Made by a program: the position numbers and the translations under genes. The notes under the pieces were generated by a model. That model did no database searches and had not been told where the DNA came from. It saw nothing but the letters and a program-made list of their open reading frames with translations. Below, one piece after another: positions 28,346-38,668 of a stretch of 64,000 nucleotides of DNA; within the stretch, counting starts at the first letter, position 1, and the number at the start of each line of letters is the position of its first letter. The stretch covers positions 832,001 through 896,000 of the forward strand of contig CAVYSW010000003.1 of assembly GCA_963771275.1 (NCBI GenBank), given 5' to 3'. Source of the stretch: an uncultured Gemmatimonadales bacterium (GTDB lineage Bacteria > Gemmatimonadota > Gemmatimonadetes > Gemmatimonadales > GWC2-71-9).

Positions 28346-29529
28346 CCATGCCGCACTATCGGTACCTGATCATCGGCGGCGGCATGACGGCCGACGCCGC
28401 CGTCCGGGGCGTCCGCGAGCTGGACGCCAACGGCTCCCTTGGGCTGATCGGCGCCGAGACCGAGCCGCCCTACGCGCGGCCCCCGCTTTCGAAGGCCTTG
28501 TGGAAAGGCACGCCGCTCGAGAGCGTGTGGCGGAAGACGGGCGAGGTGGATGTGGATCTCCATCTCGGGCGCCGCGCGACGGCCCTCGATCTCCGCGGCA
28601 AGCGGGTGCGTGACGACGGCGGCACGGACTACACGTTCGACAAACTGCTGCTCGCCACCGGAGGGACGCCGCGGCGCCTGCCGTTCGGCGGAGATCAGCT
28701 GATCTACTTCCGCACGCTCGACGACTACCGCCGGCTGCGCGCCCTGGCCGAACCGGGCAAGAGCTTCGCGGTGATCGGCGGTGGATTCATCGGCTCCGAG
28801 ATCGCGGCGGCGCTGGTGATGCAGGGCTGCACGGTCACGATGCTCTTTCCCGAGGACGGGATCGGCGCGCGCCTGTTTCCGGCGGATCTGGCGCGTTTCC
28901 TGGTCGGCTACTTCCGTGAGAAGGGCGTGGACGTGCGGCCCGGGGAGAGGGTCACGGGCGTGAGCCGGAGCCGCTCGCAGGTCGTCCTCCAAACGCAAGG
29001 CGGACTCCACCTTTCGGTGGACGCCGTGGTGGCCGGCATCGGGATCGTGCCCGACACGGACCTCGCCACGGCGGCCGGCCTGCAGGTGGAGGACGGCGTC
29101 GTTGTGGACGAGCACCTGCGGACGGCGCATCCCGACGTCTTCGCGGCCGGCGACGTCGCCCGCTTCATCGCCCCCGCGCTGGGCACGAGCCTCCGCGTGG
29201 AGCACGAGGACAACGCGCTCACGATGGGGCGCGCGGCCGGCCGGGCGATGGCCGGTGAGGCTTCATCCTACGCGCACCTGCCGTTCTTCTATTCGGACCT
29301 GTTCGAGCTGGGCTACGAGGCCGTCGGCGAGATGGACCCGCGCGGTGAGACGGTGACGGACTGGAAGGAGCCGTTCCGCGAGGGCGTGCTCTACTACCTA
29401 TCCGCCGGCCGAGTGCGCGGTGTGCTGTTGTGGAATAGCTGGGGCCAGGTGGACGCCGCGCGTGCACTGATCGCCGACCGCGGTCCTTTCCGCGCCGCGG
29501 ATCTCGTGGGTCGGCTGCCGTCGCAATGA
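28342..29529 (+). CDS. FAD/NAD-dependent oxidoreductase (ferredoxin reductase-like)
   Basis: IIGGG, PYARPPLSK, LLLATG, VIGGGFIG, FAAGD. Confidence 0.88.
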   Translation: MTMPHYRYLIIGGGMTADAAVRGVRELDANGSLGLIGAETEPPYARPPLSKALWKGTPLESVWRKTGEVDVDLHLGRRATALDLRGKRVRDDGGTDYTFDKLLLATGGTPRRLPFGGDQLIYFRTLDDYRRLRALAEPGKSFAVIGGGFIGSEIAAALVMQGCTVTMLFPEDGIGARLFPADLARFLVGYFREKGVDVRPGERVTGVSRSRSQVVLQTQGGLHLSVDAVVAGIGIVPDTDLATAAGLQVEDGVVVDEHLRTAHPDVFAAGDVARFIAPALGTSLRVEHEDNALTMGRAAGRAMAGEASSYAHLPFFYSDLFELGYEAVGEMDPRGETVTDWKEPFREGVLYYLSAGRVRGVLLWNSWGQVDAARALIADRGPFRAADLVGRLPSQ

Positions 29530-29586
29530 CCGCCTTGCCGTCTGAGACGCCCCGCCCCATGGCTGAGCACCCCTTCTCCCGCTCTG

Positions 29587-29841
29587 CTAGCTCCGATTCA
29601 GTCGCCCCTGCATGCCCATCAGGCGGTAGCTGTCGCGGAGCCAGGCCTGGACCTGGCCGTCGAGCTGGCCGGGCTCGGTGACGCGAAGCCGGTGGGACCA
29701 CCAGCCAGGCACCTTCTCCTCGACCCGCACGAAGCGGTTTGACGTGAGCGGCCGGGGCCACGAATGCCACATGTTCCGTGTGACCAGCTTGGCGCCGCAT
29801 TTTGGGCAGGTCCACAGCGGGACCCGGGATTTTGCGCTCAT
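29587..29841 (-). pseudogene. Short DUF5655-like gene, apparently internally deleted
   Basis: WTCPKCG...NMWHS joined directly to a C-terminal ...QLDGQVQAWLRDSY. Confidence 0.5.
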
Positions 29842-30107
29842 CGCGCGGTCGCCCGCTCCGCGGCCTCGGCGGACGTCACCACCGGAAGCACCTCGAACGC
29901 GACGAGGTCCGCCCAGCTCTGGAGCCACGCGTCGAGCAGCCGCCGGTCTTCAGTCTCCATGACCTGATAGCAGCGCGTGAGGTCCTGCGTGACCCAGCTC
30001 GCCACGTAGCGGAGCCCGTCCGTCAGGAGCCGCCCGCGCTCACCGACACGACGGTAGACGGGCGCCGCATCACCGCCGCGGAAGGTCTCGATGACCATGT
30101 AGAGCAC
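29838..30107 (-). CDS. DUF3303-like protein
   Basis: YMVIETF...GLRYVASWV...CYQVME...FEVLPV. Confidence 0.75.
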   Translation of the reverse strand: MLYMVIETFRGGDAAPVYRRVGERGRLLTDGLRYVASWVTQDLTRCYQVMETEDRRLLDAWLQSWADLVAFEVLPVVTSAEAAERATAR

Positions 30108-30139
30108 GCGTCCTCCGTCGGCCCGGGTCGAGGCCGCCG

Positions 30140-31494
30140 CTATGGCGATTTCGGCCGGCTGAAGAACTCCCGTTGCAGCTTGAGCAGGATCGGGATCGAG
30201 ACCAGGACCGAAATCAGGTTGGGAATCGCCATCAGGCCGTTCAGCGTGTCGGCGATGTCCCACACCAGATGCAGCGAGCCGGTGGCGCCGAGGTAGATGA
30301 ACACCAGCCAGGCCAGGCGGTACGGCAGCGCGCTGCGCGTCCCCAGCAGGTAGACGATGCCCGTCTCGCCGTAGTAGCTCCAGCCGATGATGGTCGAGAA
30401 CGCGAACAGCACGAGGCCGGTCGTCACGACGATGTCACCCCAGGTCCCGGGCAGGCCGGTCTCGAAGGCGCGCGCGGACAGCGCGGCGCCCGTCAAGCCA
30501 CTGCTCCACACCCCGGTCACCATGATCACGAGGCCCGTGACGGTGCAGATCAGAATCGTGTCGACGAACACCTCGAAGATGCCGTACATGCCCTGACGCA
30601 CCGGGTGATCCGTCATGGCCGCCGAGTGCACCATCGGGAGCACTGCCCAAGCCCGGCCTCGTTGGAGAACAGGCCGCGCGCCACGCCGTAGCGCATCGCG
30701 AGCATGATCGTGCTGCCGGCGAATCCGCCGACCGCGGCCGTGCCGGAGAAGGCGCCGTCGATCACGAGCCGCAAGGCGTGGGGCAGCTCCTCCAGTCGCA
30801 GGACGAGGATGAGGATGCCGCCGCCCAGGTAGAACAACGCCATGAAGGGAACGAGATATTGCGTCACGTCCGCGATCCGCGTGATGCCGCCCAGGATCAC
30901 GACGCCGGTGATCACGACCAGCACCACGCCGACAATGGCCGGCGAGATGTGAAAGGTGGCCCGCAGGCTCTCGGCCACCGAGTTGGCCTGCACCATATTG
31001 CCGATCCCGAACGCCGCGAGGGCGGTGAGCAGCGCGAAGATCGCGCCGAGCCACGGCGCGCGGAGCCCCTTCTTGAGCGTGTACATCGCGCCGCCGCGCA
31101 TCGTGCCCGACGCATCCGGCTCGCGATAGTGGAGCGCGATCACGATCTCGGAGAACTTGGTGGCCATGCCGACCAGCCCGGAGACCCAGAGCCAGAACAA
31201 CGCGCCGGGGCCGCCGAGGAAGATGGCCGTGGCCACGCCGGCGATGTTGCCCACCCCGACGGTGGAAGCGAGCGCGGTCGCGACCGCCTGAAACGGGGAC
31301 ACGCTGCCGGCGCCGGTACCCCGCTGGGTGAGCTTCCCCAGCACCTCCTTGAGCGCGGTGCCGAGGCGCCGGACCTGCACACCGCGGGTCAGGATGGTGA
31401 GCAACACGCCCGTGCCGATCAGCAGGATGAGCATGGGCGGGCCCCAAACGAGGCCATTCAGCGTGGTATTCCAGCGGGCGAGGAGATCCGTCAT
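30140..31494 (-). pseudogene. Alanine/glycine:cation symporter, frameshifted near 30645
   Basis: VGVGNIAGVA, GGPGALFW, RGLFSNEAGLG; then DTILICTVT and NGLMAIPNL in another frame. Confidence 0.85.
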
Positions 31495-31650
31495 CTCGGC
31501 TCCGTGAGGCAAGAACGGCGCTGGGCTGGGGCGAGGGGGTGCACGAGCGGGTGGAGTATATCGCGAGGGTTCGGGGACTGCCAGACACGATCATCGCGCT
31601 TGACGTCCGATTCGGGCACCGGCACCTTGCCGCCCAACGGAGGACCGACG

Positions 31651-31842
31651 TCAGCGGGGGTCGAAGATGTCCTCGATCCTCCGGCCGAACAGCCGCGCGA
31701 TCTTGAACGCGAGCGAGAGGCTCGGCTCGTATTTCTCCGTCTCGACCGCGTTCACGGTCTGCCGCGACACGTCGAGGCGTTGCGCCAGTTCCGCCTGCGT
31801 CCAGTTGCGCTCCGCGCGCAGCACGCGCAGCGAGTTCTTCAT
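31651..31842 (-). CDS. Small XRE-family HTH regulator
   Basis: [42 protein letters not shown]. Confidence 0.9.
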   Translation of the reverse strand: MKNSLRVLRAERNWTQAELAQRLDVSRQTVNAVETEKYEPSLSLAFKIARLFGRRIEDIFDPR

Positions 31843-32255
31843 CGGTAACGACGCCAGGCCAGCCCCAACCCGGCGATGTAGAACAACGGCAGATAGGCCC
31901 ACACGTGCCGGTAGCTCCAGTCCTCGACCGGAAGGTCGACCGCCAACTGCAGCAGGCCGAGGGTCATGAGGAGCAGGATGGCCAGCGGGTAGGCGAACAC
32001 CAGCGCCTCGAGGTGAACCCGGCGATGCAACTCGTCCAGATGCCCGATCCCGCGGATCACGGCGCGGAGGAACAACGCGGCTGGGATCACCGGGATCAGC
32101 GCCACGAGGAACCGAATCCACGCGGCAAGCTGGAGGCGCTGCTGCAGGTCGTGGTCGAGAAAGGCGCGGGTACCGAGGAAGGTCACCACCCAGACGATGG
32201 TCACCAGGAGGTCGTACCGCGCGTGGCGCTGGTGTGCAGCATCTGGAGTAGTCAT
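31839..32255 (-). CDS. Membrane protein coupled to the XRE regulator
   Basis: Four TM segments, [12 protein letters not shown] motif, ATGA overlap. Confidence 0.8.
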   Translation of the reverse strand: MTTPDAAHQRHARYDLLVTIVWVVTFLGTRAFLDHDLQQRLQLAAWIRFLVALIPVIPAALFLRAVIRGIGHLDELHRRVHLEALVFAYPLAILLLMTLGLLQLAVDLPVEDWSYRHVWAYLPLFYIAGLGLAWRRYR

Positions 32256-32297
32256 GGCATCCTCGAGAAAGAAGCTCGTTGGTAGAACGAGTCGAAG

Positions 32298-32334
32298 GTA
32301 AAGCTTGCTTGTCTTGATGTCAAGTATACTTGTC
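32298..32334. promoter_or_regulatory. Tandem imperfect palindromes, likely XRE operators
   Basis: GTAAAG-N4-CTTGTC (32298-32313) and GTCAAG-N4-CTTGTC (32319-32334), 21 bp apart. Confidence 0.55.
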
Positions 32335-32491
32335 TAAGCGTGCCCCGCATGATATCATCCGTCATGCCAGCGCAGGAGCCGGCGCCGTCCGGGCGTTCCC
32401 GTCCCGAGCAGCGGGATCGCAGTAGCTCGACCAATGCGCGGGACGCCAGGCGTCGCGCATCCACGTCCGTGGAGGCTCGCTGACCCGAATC

Positions 32492-33703
32492 GTGGTGGTG
32501 GGGGCCGGTGCCGCCGGCACCATGGCGGCCATCGCCGCCGCGTCCGCCGGAGCGGACACCGTCCTGCTCGAGCGCACCGCCGACGGCGGCCGGAAGATCC
32601 TCATCTCGGGCGGCGGCCGGTGCAACATCCTGCCGGCGCAGCTCGACGAGTCCCGCTTCGTCACCGACTCATCGGCGGCCACGCTACGGAAGATCATTCG
32701 CTCGTGGCCTCTCGCCGAGCAGATCGCGTTCTTCGAGCGGGAGCTCAAGCTCCCGCTCGTCGAAGAGAGGGAATCGGGCAAGCTCTTCCCCGCCTCTCAT
32801 CGGGCCCGTGACGTGCGCGACGGGCTGCTGGTGCTGGCCGGCCGGCGCGGGGCGCGGTTCTGCCCCAACACGATGGTGACCGGCGCCTCGCCGACCCCGC
32901 GAGGGTGGCAGGTCGAGCTCGCGTCTGGCACGCCGCTGGAGGCGGACGCCCTGATCTTCGCGACCGGCGGGCTGTCGGTGCCCCGGACGGGAAGCGACGG
33001 GCACGGGTTGAAGATCGCCGAGCAGCTCGGCCATACGCTGCACCCCACGTACGCCGCGCTCACACCGCTCACGGCGACGCCGCCGCCGTTCGGCCACCTG
33101 GCCGGCATCTCGCTCCCCGTCACCATCACGGCCCGCGATGGGCGCCGCACGGCGACGGCGACGGGCGGGTTCCTCTTCACCCATCAGGGCTACAGCGGAC
33201 CGGCGGTGCTCGACGTGTCCCACGTCGCCGCGCGCGCGGACCCCGCATCCCCGGCCGAAATCCGCGTGCGCTGGACCGGGCTCGACGAGAGTGGGTGGGA
33301 GGCGGCGTTGCGTCCCGAAGGAGTCCGCACCGTGCTGGGGGCGCTCCGGGCCCGACTGCCCGAACGCCTGGCGCTGGCGCTGCTGGGCGTGGCGGGGGTG
33401 GATCCCGCGAGCCCGTTGGCACAGTTGCGGCGGGCCGAACGCTTCCGGCTCGTGGAAACGCTGGTGCGCGGTGTGCTGCCCTGGTCGGGGCACGAGGGGT
33501 ACAAGAAGGCGGAAGTGACGGGCGGGGGCGTGAGCCTCGCGGAGATCGACCCACGGACCATGGAGAGCCGACGACACCGCGGCCTGTTTCTCTGCGGAGA
33601 GATGCTCGACGCCTTTGGCCCGATCGGGGGATACAACTTCCTGTGGGCCTGGGTGACGGGCCGCGCGGCGGGACTGGGTGCGGCACGACAGCCCGCCCGA
33701 TGA
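32492..33703 (+). CDS. HI0933/BaiN-family flavoprotein
   Basis: GAGAAG, GRKILISGGGRCN, ATGGLS, AEVTGGGV, GPIGGYNF. Confidence 0.9.
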   Translation: MVVGAGAAGTMAAIAAASAGADTVLLERTADGGRKILISGGGRCNILPAQLDESRFVTDSSAATLRKIIRSWPLAEQIAFFERELKLPLVEERESGKLFPASHRARDVRDGLLVLAGRRGARFCPNTMVTGASPTPRGWQVELASGTPLEADALIFATGGLSVPRTGSDGHGLKIAEQLGHTLHPTYAALTPLTATPPPFGHLAGISLPVTITARDGRRTATATGGFLFTHQGYSGPAVLDVSHVAARADPASPAEIRVRWTGLDESGWEAALRPEGVRTVLGALRARLPERLALALLGVAGVDPASPLAQLRRAERFRLVETLVRGVLPWSGHEGYKKAEVTGGGVSLAEIDPRTMESRRHRGLFLCGEMLDAFGPIGGYNFLWAWVTGRAAGLGAARQPAR

Positions 33704-34039
33704 GCGCCGCCCCGCCTCCGGCGGCGCCGTTTGCGTCCGCCCCCGGGCTGTGCTACGATGCAATGAGGCGAACGACCATGCGTATCGACGTCCGGATCCC
33801 GTCCCACGCGGTCACGGCGTTCTCATTCCGCGGTTGCGTTCCGCACCTGCCGGCCCCCGGCTGCTGGCCCGAGCGGGGAGGGAAGGTCCCGCGGCTGTGC
33901 TTCCCCGCCCTCGACATCCTCGGGGGCCAGCGTGCCGACACCCCGCAGATTCCCACCCCGGGATCGAACCTCGACCATGGAGCACGGCGCCGCTGGTAGC
34001 GACCGCAGCCGTTTCGCACCGTCCTCAGCTCGTGAGTCC

Positions 34040-34888
34040 ATGATGCGCCCACTTCGCTTTTCGCGGATCACGGCGGGCATGCTGCTCGCGCTCGCGATGC
34101 CCCTCTCACGACTGCCGGCGCAGGGTATGACGTACGAGGTCTACGCCGTGCGGTACGGCACGCTCGCCGGGTTTCCGGTGAACGGCCTGGTGGCGGGCGC
34201 GGACAGCACCCGCGTCATGGACATCGCGATGATGGTCTGGGTGCTGAAGGGCGCGGGACGCGTCGTCCTGGTGGACGCCGGGTTTCACCGCCAGAAGTTC
34301 CTCGATGAGTGGAAGCCCGCGGATTTCACACGACCCTCCGACGCCCTCGCGCCCCTGGGGATCGCGCCGCGCGACGTGACCGACATCATCGTGACCCACA
34401 TTCACTGGGACCACATGGACGGGCTCGATCTCTTCCCCAACGCGCGGGTGTGGATTCAGCGCGCCGAGTACGAGTACTACGTCGGCGACGATGGGAGTGC
34501 CCGACATCGCGCCATCGACCCCGACGATGCGAAGATGCTGGCGGACCTCAAGGCCGCCGGCCGCGTCGAGCTGGTGGACGGGGACGGGCGCGAGGTCATG
34601 CCGGGTGTGACCGCCTACACCGGCGGCCGCCACACCTACGCGTCACAGTACCTGGGGGTGCGGACGGCGGCGGGCACGGTCGTGGTCGCGTCCGACAACT
34701 GCTATCTCTACGAGAACCTCGAGAAGCACGCGGCGATTGCACAGACGCTGGACGCCGCCTCCAACCTCGCCGCGCTCGACCGGATGGCGTGGATCGCCAG
34801 CAGTCCCCGCCTCATCGTGCCGGGACACGACCCGGCCGTGTTCGAGCGGTTCCCCAGGCCCGGGAAGGGCATCGCGAAGATCGAATAA
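34040..34888 (+). CDS. Secreted metallo-beta-lactamase-fold hydrolase (AHL lactonase-like)
   Basis: THIHWDH, GRHT, ASD, PGHD; signal peptide. Confidence 0.82.
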   Translation: MMRPLRFSRITAGMLLALAMPLSRLPAQGMTYEVYAVRYGTLAGFPVNGLVAGADSTRVMDIAMMVWVLKGAGRVVLVDAGFHRQKFLDEWKPADFTRPSDALAPLGIAPRDVTDIIVTHIHWDHMDGLDLFPNARVWIQRAEYEYYVGDDGSARHRAIDPDDAKMLADLKAAGRVELVDGDGREVMPGVTAYTGGRHTYASQYLGVRTAAGTVVVASDNCYLYENLEKHAAIAQTLDAASNLAALDRMAWIASSPRLIVPGHDPAVFERFPRPGKGIAKIE

Positions 34889-35034
34889 GGCGGCGGGATG
34901 GCCCGTTCACGGGCAGGACGGGCCGAGTTGGGGCTTGAGCGGCATTCGAGGCAGCGCTGCGACGAGACCGCTGCCGCCCCGGGCCGGTGTGCCAAACGCT
35001 GGCGGCCCCGCCCAAATCTCCGTATCATGCTCCC

Positions 35035-35379
35035 ATGCGCCGCCCCAGTCGCGCGCTCCATTGGACCTACCTCCTACTCGCCAGCCTGCAGCTCTCGCTG
35101 CCGGCGGCGGCGACCTTGGCGGACGCCCGCCTCGAGGCCGCGACCGCCAGTCTGCCGGCCCACGTCGAGCACGTCCGCCACGGCTGCGCGCGGGTCCACC
35201 CGACTGATTGTGCGCTTTGTCAGTTCCTCGCGCTCAACTACCTGGGTGGCGGCCCGGTTGCGGTCGCGATCGCCGTCGAGGACCAGGTATCCGCGGTCTC
35301 ACACGATGCCGTGCTGCCTCACGCCGCAGCCGCGCCGCGGCTCCCCCATCAGCGCGCTCCGCCCCTAACGCTCCTCTAG
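35035..35379 (+). CDS. DUF2946/CruR-like leader protein (CXXC plus C-terminal RAPP)
   Basis: Signal-like N-terminus, His-rich segment, DCALC, HQRAPP near the end; directly upstream of a TonB receptor. Confidence 0.72.
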   Translation: MRRPSRALHWTYLLLASLQLSLPAAATLADARLEAATASLPAHVEHVRHGCARVHPTDCALCQFLALNYLGGGPVAVAIAVEDQVSAVSHDAVLPHAAAAPRLPHQRAPPLTLL

Positions 35380-35507
35380 CACCCACATCAGTGATCCTCC
35401 CCGCCGTCCGGCGGGGCCACTCGGACTCGTGCGCCAGCGCGCACCGCCTCGGCTTACGCCCGAGCGCGGAGCGGGTGACGCACGCACACGTGGTGAGGAG
35501 CGTTTCC

Positions 35508-37775
35508 ATGCGTCGTCTGCACCCTTGGGTGGACTTGCCGCTCGTGCTGTTTTCGCTGACCATCATCACCCCCCCGGCCGCGGCCGCCCCTGCGGCCCCC
35601 TCCGTCACCGGCCGAGTGACGACGCCCGACGGGGCCCCGTTGGCGGGCGCGACTGTCGAGGTCCTCGATCTCGGCCGGTCCGTCCAGACCGACCCGGACG
35701 GCCGCTACGTCCTCCGCCAGATGCCGTCCGGCAGCTTCAGCGTGTCGTTCCGGGCGATCGGCTACGCCCCGGAGCTCCGTCGCGTGACTGTGGGATCGGC
35801 CGATCTCACGATCGACGTAACGCTCAAGCCGTCGGCCATCGAGCTGCCGGCCGTGCAGGTCACGGCGAGCGCCAATGCCACCAGCGCGCTCGAGTCCCCC
35901 CAGCCAACCACCGTGCTGGACGCCGATGCGATCCGGCGCGCGGAGGCGCCCAGCTTGGGCGAGACGCTCGAAGGCGTCGCGGGCGTGCACAGCCTCGGCA
36001 CCGGGGTGGGAATCGGGAAGCCGGTGATCCGCGGCCTCACCTCCAACCGGGTCCTCGTGCTGGACGACGGGCAACGCCTCGAGACGCAGCAATGGGGCGA
36101 TGAGCACGGACCGCAGATCGAGGCCGCCGGCGCCGAGCGCATCGAGATCATCCGCGGGCCGGCGAGCGTGTTGTATGGCTCTGACGCGCTGGGCGGCGTG
36201 ATCAACGTCATTCCGCCGGGCCTGCCGGACGCCATCGGCCGCTCGCCGTTCATGCACGGGAGCCTGAGCGGCGGGTTCTCGACCGACAACCGCCAGCCCG
36301 ACGGGACGATGTCCCTCGAAGCGGCCAGCGGTGGCTTCGGATTCCGCGCGTCCGGAACGGGGCGCACCAGTGAGAACGTCCGGACTCCCACCTACGAGCT
36401 GTGGAACAGCGGGAATCGCGCCCTCAACGGCAGCGCCGAGCTGGGCTACCGCGGGCCCTTCGGCGTGGTGACCGGGCGCTACACGTACCGCGACGAGCGC
36501 ATCGAGCTCACCGACGAAGACCCCGCCGCGACCCCATTCCAGCGCATCGGCGAGCACCGCGCGCGTGTCGACCTGCTGCTGCCGGTCGGCGCGTGGCGCC
36601 TCGAGGCCAACGCGGGCTACGAGCGGAACCGGCGGCGCGAGTTCGAGGAAGCCGGCGCCACCACGGTGACACTCGGGCTGCTGTCCACCAGCTACACCGG
36701 GGAAGTGCATGTCCACCACCCGACCGTCGGCCCGTTCGCCGGCATCCTCGGCGTCGCAGGGCAGCACACCGGGTTCGACAAGTTCGGAGCGGAGACGTTG
36801 ATTCCCGGCACGCGGGCCGGCAACGTGGGCGCGTTCGCGTTCGAGCAGGCCGACCTGGGCCGCTGGCAGCTGTCGTTCGGCGCGCGCTACGACTACCGCC
36901 ACCTCGAGGTCTCCGACGACGCCGGCCTCGGCGTAGCCGCGCAGACCCGCAGCTGGAATTCGCTCACCGGCAACCTCGGTATCCTCTACCACGTGGCGCA
37001 GCCGGTGGCGCTGGTGCTCAACGTGGGACGCGGGTTCCGCGCCCCCTCGAGCTTCGACCTGTTCTCGAACGGCGTCCACGAGGGCACCCTGGCGTTCGAG
37101 CGTGGCGACCCGGCCCTCAAGACCGAGAAGTCGCTCAACACGGACCTCGCCCTGCGGATCCTCTCCGCCACCACGGTGTTGGAGATCGGCGGCTTCGCCA
37201 ACGTGATTCAGGACTACATCTTCACGGTGCCCACTACCGACGTGGACTCGGCCTCCGGCTTCCAGATCTTCGATGTCGCGCAGGGGAACGCGTTGCTCAC
37301 CGGCGTGGAGTCGAGCATCGAGTTCCACGCCACCCCGTTTCTTCACCTGCACGGCACCGCCGACTACGTTCGCGGTCAGAACACGACGACCCACGAGCCG
37401 CTGCCGTCCATGCCGCCGCTGCGGGCGACCTACGGCGCGCGCCTGGAAGGCGACCTCGGCCATGGGTTGCGCGACGCCTACTTCTCGGTGGGCGGAGAAA
37501 CCAACGCGCGTCAGAGCCGGCTCGACCCCAACGAGGCGGGCTTCTTCGCCGCGGCGTTCGACGGCGCGGGCTATCAGTCACGGGGCTACACCTTGTTGAA
37601 CCTGGCGGCCGGATGCGCGCTCCCGACCGGTCCGGGGTGGGCGATGCGGCTCGACGTCACGCTGCGGAACGTCTTGAACACGGCGTACGCGGACTTCCTG
37701 AGCCGGATCAAAACGAACGCGCTGAACCCCGGTCAGGGGCGCAATCTGCTCGCCCGGGTGACGATGGAGTTCTGA
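35508..37775 (+). CDS. TonB-dependent receptor
   Basis: KPVIRGL, QQWGDEHG, RIEIIRGPASVLYGSDALGGVIN, terminal F. Confidence 0.92.
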   Translation: MRRLHPWVDLPLVLFSLTIITPPAAAAPAAPSVTGRVTTPDGAPLAGATVEVLDLGRSVQTDPDGRYVLRQMPSGSFSVSFRAIGYAPELRRVTVGSADLTIDVTLKPSAIELPAVQVTASANATSALESPQPTTVLDADAIRRAEAPSLGETLEGVAGVHSLGTGVGIGKPVIRGLTSNRVLVLDDGQRLETQQWGDEHGPQIEAAGAERIEIIRGPASVLYGSDALGGVINVIPPGLPDAIGRSPFMHGSLSGGFSTDNRQPDGTMSLEAASGGFGFRASGTGRTSENVRTPTYELWNSGNRALNGSAELGYRGPFGVVTGRYTYRDERIELTDEDPAATPFQRIGEHRARVDLLLPVGAWRLEANAGYERNRRREFEEAGATTVTLGLLSTSYTGEVHVHHPTVGPFAGILGVAGQHTGFDKFGAETLIPGTRAGNVGAFAFEQADLGRWQLSFGARYDYRHLEVSDDAGLGVAAQTRSWNSLTGNLGILYHVAQPVALVLNVGRGFRAPSSFDLFSNGVHEGTLAFERGDPALKTEKSLNTDLALRILSATTVLEIGGFANVIQDYIFTVPTTDVDSASGFQIFDVAQGNALLTGVESSIEFHATPFLHLHGTADYVRGQNTTTHEPLPSMPPLRATYGARLEGDLGHGLRDAYFSVGGETNARQSRLDPNEAGFFAAAFDGAGYQSRGYTLLNLAAGCALPTGPGWAMRLDVTLRNVLNTAYADFLSRIKTNALNPGQGRNLLARVTMEF

Positions 37776-38070
37776 TTCAGATCGTGGCGCGGTGCCCGAT
37801 GGGCGTTCCCGGGCACCGCCCCTGGCGCGCCGGGCGCCTGGCGGACCACCACCCCGGGGGGAGTTCGCCGTCAGAAGCTCGTCGACCAGTGGGAAGCCTG
37901 CGGCGTTCACGCGCCCGTCGGACGCGCTGGCCCCCCGGGGACTGCGCCGGGCGACGTGACTGCCACGATCATGACTCTCGTGCCCTCGGATCACACAAAC
38001 GGGCCCGCCGACTTCCCAGCCCTGGCCTCGTGGGCTTGTCGCGCATGTCATATTATGGTATGATAATGGT

Positions 38071-38334
38071 ATGACAAAACGTAAGGTCGCGGTCACGGTG
38101 TCGCCCGAGGCGCTCGCGGCCGCCGAGCGGCTGCGCAAGCGCACGGGCGAGAGCCGGAGCGCCGTCTTCGAGCGGGCACTCCAGCAACTGGCGGACGACG
38201 AGCTCCGCGCCGAGCAGAGTCGCCGATACGTCGCGGGGTACCGGCGCGCCCCCGAGACGAGGCGCGACATCGACGCGGCGCTCGCGACGGCTGTCGTCGC
38301 ACTCGGCACGGAGCCCGCGGATGCGGAGGGGTGA
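38071..38334 (+). CDS. RHH-type antitoxin
   Basis: KVAVTVS...SRSAVFERAL; overlaps toxin; upstream ATGGTATGA repeats at 38055 and 38066. Confidence 0.75.
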   Translation: MTKRKVAVTVSPEALAAAERLRKRTGESRSAVFERALQQLADDELRAEQSRRYVAGYRRAPETRRDIDAALATAVVALGTEPADAEG

Positions 38335-38647
38335 GGTCTGGTGGGCTGAGCTTCCTGCGCCGGTGGGACGCCGTCCAGTCGTGCTGATCTCGCGCGATGA
38401 AGCGTACTCGGTGCGGGAGCTCGTCACGATCGCCCCCGTTACCACGCGCGCGCGCGATATTCCCGTCGAGATCCCCGTGGGGCGCGACGAAGGCCTCCCG
38501 AGAAGGTCGGTGGTCAACGCCGACACGATCACCACGATCCCGAAGCGCGCACTCGTCGACTACGCTGGCGTGCTGGACGGTGCGAAGCTCACCCAGTTGG
38601 ACGCGGCCATCCGGTTCGCGCTGGGGCTGAAGCGGGGATACCGCTGA
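38321..38647 (+). CDS. MazF/PemK-family toxin
   Basis: MRRGEVWWA...GRRPVVLISRD...IAPVTT. Confidence 0.9.
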   Translation: MRRGEVWWAELPAPVGRRPVVLISRDEAYSVRELVTIAPVTTRARDIPVEIPVGRDEGLPRRSVVNADTITTIPKRALVDYAGVLDGAKLTQLDAAIRFALGLKRGYR

Positions 38648-38668
38648 AGCCACTGGCGCGCCGGGCCC

